From an uncultured Pseudobdellovibrionaceae bacterium (GTDB lineage Bacteria; Bdellovibrionota; Bdellovibrionia; Bdellovibrionales; UBA1609), in the NCBI GenBank assembly GCA_964360255.1, contig CAYHVK010000005.1:24233-88232 (forward strand): a DNA stretch of 64,000 nucleotides, read 5' to 3'. The notes below the pieces were generated by a model, which saw only the letters and a list, made by a program, of their open reading frames with translations, searched no databases and was not told where the DNA came from. Positions 1-6,975 of this stretch are shown here, piece after piece. How positions within the stretch are numbered: position 1 is the first letter of the stretch; each line of letters opens with the position of its first letter. A program made the position numbers and the translations under genes.

Positions 1-158
1 GCGCGGCAGAGGCCTGAAGAAACGGGACCAACCGATTCTACGGTGGCGATGATCTGAGCTTCGCCGAGACAGTTCTGTGCTTTATCTAGGTTGGCTTGTG
101 CTAAAGCTGAAGTCGCACCAGTTAAAACTAATAGAATTGAAAATAAAGCCGATTTCAT
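1..158 (-). CDS. secreted hypothetical protein, N-terminal part (gene runs off the left edge)
   Basis: Not in the ORF track because it is truncated. Reverse strand from ATG (rc of 156-158) reads MKSALFSILLVLTGATSALAQANLDKAQNCLGEAQIIATVESVGPVSSGLC..., a classic signal peptide. AAGGAG (rc of 165-170) lies 6 nt upstream of the ATG. Confidence 0.6.
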   Translation of the reverse strand, partial: MKSALFSILLVLTGATSALAQANLDKAQNCLGEAQIIATVESVGPVSSGLCR

Positions 159-390
159 AAATATCTCCTTTGATGAGTGAGTTTGAACCCAGAATTTAGG
201 TTTTAAACTTTGAGTTGCCTTTTTGTAACGGATTTCTGTGAGCGGCTCAAGAGGAGCGGCCATCCTCGCCAAATTTAAACAAATGGCGAGAATTTAATGC
301 AGATTGAACTCTAGCAGATTGAGGCCTATCAAATTAACTCTTAAGGCCATTTGCCGCTAAATGACGTGATTATGATTCACAAGCCGTTTT

Positions 391-1545
391 TTACGAAAGC
401 TCGAGCTTTGCAATTGTCTGAAGCTGCATATTCGATGTGCCTTCATAGATCTGGCCGATTTTAGCATCGCGGTAGTACTTCTCAATCGGATATTCTTTAG
501 TAAAACCGTTCCCACCGAAAAGATCCACACCAATAGAGCAGATTTTTTCAGCCGTACGCGAAGAGTAAAGCTTTGCCATAGCAGCTTCTTTTAAAAAGTC
601 CTTACCAGAATCTTTGAGGCGAGCCGCATTGTAAACCATCAAGCGCGAAGCTTCGAGCATCGTGCGCATTTCAGCCAATTGAAATTGAACGCCTTGAAAC
701 TCAGCAATAGATTTGCCGAATTGTTCGCGGGATTTTACGTAAGCGAGAGTGGCGTCGTACGCTCCTTGAGCAATACCCACCATCTGTGCGCCAATACCGA
801 TTCGGCCTTCATTGAGTGTTTCAATGGCAATTTTATAACCTTTGCCCACTTCGCCGATGACGTTTTCTTTCGGCACGACGCAGTTTTCAAATAACAATTC
901 ACAAGTCGAGCTGGCGCGAATACCAAGCTTGTCTTCTTTTTTGCCGACAGAGAAACCTTTCATATCGCGCTCAACGATAAAGCCAGTGATACCTTTATAA
1001 CCTTTTGCTGGGTCCATGTTCGCGAACACCAAGAAGAGGTTCGCTTCGCCCGCATTTGTGATCCAAAGCTTATGGCCATTCAAAACAAAGTGATCGCCTT
1101 TGTCTTCAGCCTTAAGCTTAAGAGCAAAAGCATCTGAGCCAGATGAAGATTCAGAGAGAGCGTACGCTCCCAACCATTTTTGCGCCATAAGCGGTAAGTA
1201 TTTATCTTTTTGTTTGTCAGTGGCCCATTTGATAATGGCGTTTGTGACAAGAGTATTTTGTACGTCCACCATGACGCTGACTGATCCGTCAACGCGGCCT
1301 AATTCTTCAATGGCTAGGCAAGCCATTGTGAAGGTAGAGCCCGCTCCACCAAATTTTTCTGGCGTTTCGATTCCCATTAAACCCATGGCGAAAAGTTTTG
1401 GGAGGAGATCAAGATCCATCTTGGCTTCGGCGTCCATTTTGTGAACGAGAGGTTTGATTTCAGCTTCAGCGAACTCGCGTACGGCCTCGCGAAATGCAAC
1501 TTCGTCTTCTGTGAACTGAGTAAGGGCGCGAAAATCTGATGACAT
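391..1545 (-). CDS. acyl-CoA dehydrogenase (short/branched-chain type)
   Basis: 384-aa ORF with full-length ACAD architecture. Motifs: YALSESSSGSDA, WITNAG, QIYEGTSNMQ. AGGAGA RBS upstream. Confidence 0.93.
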   Translation of the reverse strand: MSSDFRALTQFTEDEVAFREAVREFAEAEIKPLVHKMDAEAKMDLDLLPKLFAMGLMGIETPEKFGGAGSTFTMACLAIEELGRVDGSVSVMVDVQNTLVTNAIIKWATDKQKDKYLPLMAQKWLGAYALSESSSGSDAFALKLKAEDKGDHFVLNGHKLWITNAGEANLFLVFANMDPAKGYKGITGFIVERDMKGFSVGKKEDKLGIRASSTCELLFENCVVPKENVIGEVGKGYKIAIETLNEGRIGIGAQMVGIAQGAYDATLAYVKSREQFGKSIAEFQGVQFQLAEMRTMLEASRLMVYNAARLKDSGKDFLKEAAMAKLYSSRTAEKICSIGVDLFGGNGFTKEYPIEKYYRDAKIGQIYEGTSNMQLQTIAKLELS

Positions 1546-1574
1546 AATGTCTCCTGAACGTTAGCTTCTAAAGT

Positions 1575-1964
1575 ATGAATCCTATTCGAGTACTTATAGC
1601 AAAGCCAGGCCTAGATGGTCACGACCGCGGTGCAAAAGTTGTGGCCCGGGGCTTACGTGATGCCGGATTCGAAATCATTTATACGGGTCTTCACCAAACT
1701 CCTGAGATGGTGGTGAACTCAGCCCTTCAAGAAGATGTGGATATTGTAGGCTTGTCGGTGCTTTCAGGGGCTCATTTGCCCTTAGTGACAGAAATTCAGC
1801 GCTTGATGAAATCAAAAGACATCATAAAGCCCATTTTCGTAGGCGGGATCATTCCGCCTGATGACGCAAAGCAGTTGTTAGAGCAGGGTGTATCTGCCGT
1901 TTTCGGGCCAGGTTCAAGTATTAACGAAATCGTCGAAAAAGTTAGAAAGTTGGTCGCGGAGTAG
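1575..1964 (+). CDS. stand-alone cobalamin (B12)-binding domain protein, methylmalonyl/isobutyryl-CoA mutase small-subunit type
   Basis: 129 aa. DxHxxG B12 ligand motif ([10 protein letters not shown]), GLSVLSGAH and GGIIP blocks typical of the mutase C-terminal B12 domain. Confidence 0.85.
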   Translation: MNPIRVLIAKPGLDGHDRGAKVVARGLRDAGFEIIYTGLHQTPEMVVNSALQEDVDIVGLSVLSGAHLPLVTEIQRLMKSKDIIKPIFVGGIIPPDDAKQLLEQGVSAVFGPGSSINEIVEKVRKLVAE

Positions 1965-2037
1965 GCGCCAGCTGTCTAAAGATTTGCCGTTCAGTTGTTT
2001 AAGACTTGGCGATTGTGGAGTGGGCTGCCTACAGTCA

Positions 2038-2135
2038 AGTTGCCTAACTGAGCAAAATCAGCTCTATGTAGAGCTAAAATTAAATTGAGATCTAATAGAT
2101 TCCAGCACGAGAGAATTTTGCTCAGCTCGGCAACT
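2038..2135 (+). repeat. 98-nt intergenic element with about 20-nt terminal inverted repeats, copy A (MITE/REP-like or structured RNA)
   Basis: Gapless alignment to 47610-47707 gives 71/98 identities. Termini are AGTTGCCnnACTGAGCAAAA ... TTTTGCTCAGnnnGGCAACT. A central 30-nt block AGCTAAAATYAAATTGAGATCYAATAGATT is 28/30 identical. Confidence 0.7.
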
Positions 2136-2225
2136 CATATTTTGTCGACCTCTTAAAGAACGAAAGCTTTAAAATTTTTTGTTTTTCAATAATCTTTGAG
2201 ATTAGTTTGTCTATAAAATTAATTT

Positions 2226-2342
2226 TTAAACGTTAGCGGCAAGGCTAATAAGCAGGTTCAATAAAAATAAACTAATACCAGCGAAAATAACTTTTTGAAT
2301 CGTGCTTGAAACAAGTGATTCATTTATTTTTACATCGTTCAT
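2226..2342 (-). CDS. possible 38-aa small membrane protein
   Basis: Not in the track (under 60 aa). Reads MNDVKINESLVSSTIQKVIFAGISLFLLNLLISLAANV with one hydrophobic helix. GAGGAG (rc of 2349-2354) lies upstream of the ATG. No homology evidence. Confidence 0.3.
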   Translation of the reverse strand: MNDVKINESLVSSTIQKVIFAGISLFLLNLLISLAANV

Positions 2343-2690
2343 TTTAGTCTCCTCAGTTAAATTCATAGACTTACGAGCGAGATCATATACGAGTCCTCTT
2401 ATTTACGAAATCCCCTCTGAAAACAAGATAATTTCAACACGGAAAATCTACAAAACGCTCGGGGAAATTAGTAAGTGGTTAAAAATAGAGTGGTTTTTAC
2501 TGAGGGTTCTAATGATTCCGGTAAGAATGACAAGATTGTTTAACGTTTAGACAAAGATATTTAAACCTTTATTCTCCCTATGAAAATCCAAGCTTTGACC
2601 CCTTTAGCTGTCAAAATCATTACAGTCGAATTCAACCTGACCGAAATGTTATATTTACTAACGAAATAACTCTCGAAATCAGGACGTATT

Positions 2691-3089
2691 ATGTGGGCTA
2701 AAAAAGCGATTTTATTCACTCTCGTGGGAGTCGTGAGCGCTATGATTCAGTTTTTCACATCAAGCGCTGTAGCGAACGGAATAATTTCGCCCAAGTCGCC
2801 ATTTTTTATGCTCACTCATGATCTTGTGAATTGCAAAACTTTGAAAGAGCAGCGCGGGCATTTAAATAGAGACGACGTAACTCAGAAAAATGTTTGTATT
2901 TTAAACGTGCGCTGTGAATCACGCTTGAAGCTAAACAAAAGAACGCCCGGACCAGTTGTTACTGACAAAGCTTATTGTTTTCCGGCTAAAAATAATATTT
3001 GCCCGAGCGCACAGTTTTGCGCGACGGATATTAAATACTTTAAGCCTAACTACATTAAGTACGTTGTAAAACCCTTAAAATTGCATTGA
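2691..3089 (+). CDS. hypothetical secreted Cys-rich protein
   Basis: 132 aa, N-terminal signal peptide (AILFTLVGVVSAMIQFFTSSAVA), six Cys in the mature part. Weak RBS. Confidence 0.5.
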   Translation: MWAKKAILFTLVGVVSAMIQFFTSSAVANGIISPKSPFFMLTHDLVNCKTLKEQRGHLNRDDVTQKNVCILNVRCESRLKLNKRTPGPVVTDKAYCFPAKNNICPSAQFCATDIKYFKPNYIKYVVKPLKLH

Positions 3090-4514
3090 GTTCATTTTTT
3101 CTATCACGCCCTTAGCTTCAAGCTTAGCTAGGGTTGAAGGTGATACGTATATTCTTGGTAAGAAATTACGGTACTGCGATAGAATTTTTAAAACTGAATT
3201 GGGCATTTCAATTAAAAGTTTCACTTCGCCTTCGCGAGTGAGAATTTTGGCCGGATCTCGTAAAAGATGGCTGTCGATCACTTTTCCGTCACGCTGTGTA
3301 TCGAGAAGGACGCGTTCTAGGTTTTTTGTAAACGTCACATCTTTTGTCGGAATATCAAAAATCATCCATGCCGTCGGGTCGATTTCGCTCAGTTGTGCTT
3401 TTAGCCAGTCATGGGCGGCATTCACTTGGCGAATCACATCTTTGCGGTGCTCGTCGCTTTGAATGAGCGTTGGCTTCACTGGGCCCGCCTTAATCTGCGC
3501 CGGTGCAATTCGATTGGCTAGCATTTCAGAGAGTTCGCGAATCATCGGGTGAGTGATGCGTCCTGCGAGATATTCGTGAAGTTTCGCTAAGAAGTAAGAA
3601 TCGTTAAATGTGAAATACTCATTCGGATTTTGTGAAACTTTGTCTTTCAAATGATCAAAAGAGTAAGCCAGTCCATTTTCTAGAAAATACTGATGGATTT
3701 TAGCGGCAATTAAATCAAACTTATAACTGGTTCCGTCGCTGATGATTTGCGAATACCAAAAATAACGAGAGACAAGAAACGAATCGACCACATTCATGGC
3801 GTCTTCGCGCACGCAGAGAACCTCTTGGCCTTTTACTTTTTCAACCGTTAAAGCACGAATTAAAAAATCGATATCATAAACGCCGAGCTTAATGCCGGTG
3901 AAGTGGGCATCGCGTAGTAAGTAGTCCATGCGATCGGCATCAACATCTGAGTGCATAAGCTGGTTCGAGAGAACATTTTTTGAGCGGCCACTGATAACAG
4001 TTGAAAGCTCAACTGGGTCGATGCCTTCTTCTTTTAAAATCTTAGTGATGCCGCCCTCGAAGTCAGTATTTAAAATAATATGCTGGCCTAGAACCTCATG
4101 GTTGGCTTCGCTCTTATTACTTTTACTGCGCTGCTGTTCTTTCCAGTGATTGATGTAGGCGAGTTCTATGGTATGTGAAAACGGAAATGTTCCTACATCG
4201 TGGAGCATAGCTGCCAAACGCATCATACGATGAAACTGCGTGGTCTCATCGCGCGATGCCGGATTAAAAAACTTTTCATCTGGCGAAGCTTTGCCAATGG
4301 AAGTTAAAATTCTATGCATCACATGGAGAACGCCCAAAGCATGGGCGTGGCGGGTATGAGTGGCGCCCGGGTAAACATAAAAACTAAAACCGAGCTGACG
4401 AATCCAGCGTAAACGTTGATAATAAGGCGTATCTAAGATGCGCGCTTCAACCCGGTTGAGTGTGATGTGACCATGGATGTTGTCATACACTTGTCGCTTA
4501 AATAACTCTGCCAT
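3075..4514 (-). CDS. HD-domain phosphohydrolase (SAMHD1/dGTPase-like, COG1078 type)
   Basis: 479 aa. H...HD...D metal motif (HTRHAHALGV, AAMLHDVGTFPFSH, DADRMDYLLRD). Confidence 0.85.
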   Translation of the reverse strand: MAELFKRQVYDNIHGHITLNRVEARILDTPYYQRLRWIRQLGFSFYVYPGATHTRHAHALGVLHVMHRILTSIGKASPDEKFFNPASRDETTQFHRMMRLAAMLHDVGTFPFSHTIELAYINHWKEQQRSKSNKSEANHEVLGQHIILNTDFEGGITKILKEEGIDPVELSTVISGRSKNVLSNQLMHSDVDADRMDYLLRDAHFTGIKLGVYDIDFLIRALTVEKVKGQEVLCVREDAMNVVDSFLVSRYFWYSQIISDGTSYKFDLIAAKIHQYFLENGLAYSFDHLKDKVSQNPNEYFTFNDSYFLAKLHEYLAGRITHPMIRELSEMLANRIAPAQIKAGPVKPTLIQSDEHRKDVIRQVNAAHDWLKAQLSEIDPTAWMIFDIPTKDVTFTKNLERVLLDTQRDGKVIDSHLLRDPAKILTREGEVKLLIEMPNSVLKILSQYRNFLPRIYVSPSTLAKLEAKGVIEKMNSMQF

Positions 4515-4628
4515 TAAATATATATCGGCGACTTCATCAGATTTAACAACTGCGTTATATGACTCGACTAGACGCCAGTCGTGAAGCGGTGTAATTTAAA
4601 AGGTACCAGCATCAAAAAGGGAGAAAAA

Positions 4629-5024
4629 ATGAAAGCATTTATGACTATGACAGTAGCAGCTTTAGCCGTATCTCAAGTGGCTTGCGCAGCCTCAAACACG
4701 AAAACAACATCGACTGAAACAAAAACTACAACGACAACAACATCAGCAGCGACAACAGCGCCAGCTGCGGCTCCTGCAGCTTCTTCAGCTGGCCGAGGCG
4801 GTTTCGTTGAAGATCGTTTGAAATTTAAAGTCACTGGCATGCACTGTGGTGGATGCGCAGATTCGATTAAAGAAGAAGTTGAAAAAGTTCCGGGCGTAGC
4901 AGAAGCGCAAGTGGATTTTAAAACAGGCGATGTGGTTGTGATTTCATCTGGCCCCAGCAAACTCGAGCGCGCCCCGGTTATTAAAGCCATTGAGAGCGCC
5001 GGAACATTTAAAGTTAAAAAGTAA
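4629..5024 (+). CDS. exported heavy-metal-associated (HMA) domain protein, CopZ/MerP-like
   Basis: ATG at 4629 is preceded by GGGAGA. The track ORF starts upstream at 4581 on a less likely codon. Signal peptide, Thr/Ala-rich linker, then HMA fold with the GMHCGGC metal-binding motif. Confidence 0.8.
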   Translation: MKAFMTMTVAALAVSQVACAASNTKTTSTETKTTTTTTSAATTAPAAAPAASSAGRGGFVEDRLKFKVTGMHCGGCADSIKEEVEKVPGVAEAQVDFKTGDVVVISSGPSKLERAPVIKAIESAGTFKVKK

Positions 5025-5064
5025 GTCGTTGAAATCAACGGCTCACTTAAAATAAGGATGAAAA

Positions 5065-5748
5065 ATGGGAAATTTAGATCCATTACATTTAATCAGCTTA
5101 ATTTTTATTGGATTTGTTCCATTTTTATTTTCTCTTTGTTTTCATGAAATGGCTCACGCCTGGATGGCGAAGAAAAAAGGCGACAGCACTGGTGAAGTCA
5201 TGGGTCGTCTTTCAATGAACCCTTTTGTCCATGCCGATCCGGTAGGAACTTTTATTCTACCGCTTTCATCGATTCTGTTTCAGGCGCCGCTTTTCTTCGG
5301 GTGGGCGAAGCCTGTTCCGGTGAATGAGAGAAACTTAAGCAAGCCTCGCGAAGATATGTTCTGGATTGCCATTGCAGGCCCAGCTTCAAATCTTCTTCTG
5401 GCTATAATTGCAGCTTTTGTTTGTGCAGGGGCCTCAGTTTTTGGCGGATTTTCAGCAGGGCAGACGACTCAAAGTATTGCGGGTTTTGCCTACAGCCTGG
5501 TGCTCGTTAATATGATGCTCGCTATGTTTAATATGATACCGCTTCACCCTCTCGATGGCGGAAAGGTGATCGCCCGATTTCTGCCTTATTCTGCCAATCG
5601 CTTCCTTGAAGACAATGCGCAGAAGCTGAATATCGCTCTGATCTTGCTTTTCCTCGTTGGTGGACTGAGCTTTCTGGGCCATTACATTCGCACTGCTGCT
5701 TATTTCTTAGTCACGATTTGTGAATTTTGCTTACGCCTGATCTTTTAG
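5065..5748 (+). CDS. site-2 protease family (peptidase M50) membrane metalloprotease
   Basis: HEMAHAW (HExxH) in TM1 and NMIPLHPLDGGKV (NxxPxxxLDG) motifs. Multi-pass membrane profile. Confidence 0.85.
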   Translation: MGNLDPLHLISLIFIGFVPFLFSLCFHEMAHAWMAKKKGDSTGEVMGRLSMNPFVHADPVGTFILPLSSILFQAPLFFGWAKPVPVNERNLSKPREDMFWIAIAGPASNLLLAIIAAFVCAGASVFGGFSAGQTTQSIAGFAYSLVLVNMMLAMFNMIPLHPLDGGKVIARFLPYSANRFLEDNAQKLNIALILLFLVGGLSFLGHYIRTAAYFLVTICEFCLRLIF

Positions 5749-5829
5749 GCCCTTAAATTCCATTTTTATGCCATGCATCATCCCATTCAATTTATTGAAA
5801 GATAGGGTCTAGCTTGGTTGAATCACCCT

Positions 5830-6975
5830 ATGACAAATCTACATGTAGAGATTGATCGTTTCTCGGGCCCGATGGCTCTTTTGCTGCACCTTATCCGCCA
5901 GCAAGAAATGGACATATTCGATATTAATATCCATGAGATAACGGCGAAATATCTAGAATCAGTTAAACAAATGAAGAAGCTGAATCTAGAAGGTGCCGGT
6001 GAATTTATCGCCATGGCTGCCACGCTTATTCAAATTAAATCTAAGATGCTTCTGCCGCAATATAATGAAGAGGGCGAAGTTGTTGAAACTGAAGACCCAC
6101 GCCGCGATTTAGTTCGTCGTTTGATTGAATATCAAATGTACCAAGAGGCCGGTCAAAAAATGTATCAGATGCCTTTGCTCAATCGTGACGTTTGGGCGCG
6201 CGCTGAAGCCGAGAAAATCGAAACTCCGGATTCTGAAATTATCATCGAAGAAGACAACGCACTTTACGCTTTAATCGCAGCTTACCGCGCAGCTATGAAG
6301 AATATGAAAAAAGCTGTTCATAAAGTGGGCGAGGCGATGCAATCCATTCGTGAGCGCATCTGGGAACTTAAAGACCAGCTCGTTGTGGGCCGTGAAGCTC
6401 GATTCTTTGAGCTTGTTGAGACGGGCTCTCGTGCGGGTGATCGTAAAGCTCAACTCTTGATTACATTTCTATCGCTTCTTGAGCTTGGTAAAATGAATTT
6501 CGTGGCTCTTTTCCAAGCAGAAAACTTCGCAGACATTCATGTGGAGCCGAAGAAGAACATCGATAAAGACGTGATGTCAAAAGTTGAAGACTATGAATCA
6601 GCTCAAAAACTCTCTCTTGGAGCAGGTGAAGCCAATCCGACAGTGAGCACACAAGTTGAATTTAATATGCAAGATGAGAACTGGGATGAGGAGCCAACTC
6701 ACGCCACAGAAACGCAAGTGGCCGCAGGCTTGTTACACACACCAGCTCCAGTGGATGATGCCACTCTTGATGCAATGATCGAGAGCGAAATCGGTGCTGA
6801 AGATGACTCTATTGAGAACTACGAATCTGTAACTGAAGCCGCCTCAGCCGATGCAGTACCGCAGATAGCTGAAGTGCCGACTGAAGAGTCAGCATCTGAT
6901 GATGATATTTTGGCCGAAGAATTAAAAATTGAGCAAGAGGACAGCGAAAATGGCGAAGAAGAAACCTCAGTCTAA
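5830..6975 (+). CDS. scpA: segregation and condensation protein A with a long acidic C-terminal tail
   Basis: N-terminal FSGPMALLLHLIRQQEMDIFDINIHEITAKYL is ScpA-like. Start is ambiguous (TTG 5818 or ATG 5830). The last roughly 130 aa are D/E-rich. Confidence 0.85.
   Translation: MTNLHVEIDRFSGPMALLLHLIRQQEMDIFDINIHEITAKYLESVKQMKKLNLEGAGEFIAMAATLIQIKSKMLLPQYNEEGEVVETEDPRRDLVRRLIEYQMYQEAGQKMYQMPLLNRDVWARAEAEKIETPDSEIIIEEDNALYALIAAYRAAMKNMKKAVHKVGEAMQSIRERIWELKDQLVVGREARFFELVETGSRAGDRKAQLLITFLSLLELGKMNFVALFQAENFADIHVEPKKNIDKDVMSKVEDYESAQKLSLGAGEANPTVSTQVEFNMQDENWDEEPTHATETQVAAGLLHTPAPVDDATLDAMIESEIGAEDDSIENYESVTEAASADAVPQIAEVPTEESASDDDILAEELKIEQEDSENGEEETSV

Noticed and set aside
2302-2550. 82-aa plus-strand ORF in the AT-rich non-coding stretch
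   Set aside because: It has no RBS and an AT-driven composition (Ile/Phe/Ser/Lys). It overlaps the better-supported minus-strand mini-ORF start.
4673-5083. 136-aa minus-strand ORF opposite the HMA gene
   Set aside because: It is the mirror image of the Thr/Ala-rich linker (giving VVVVV/AAGAAAGA runs). The plus-strand ORF has a signal peptide, an MxCxxC motif and an RBS.
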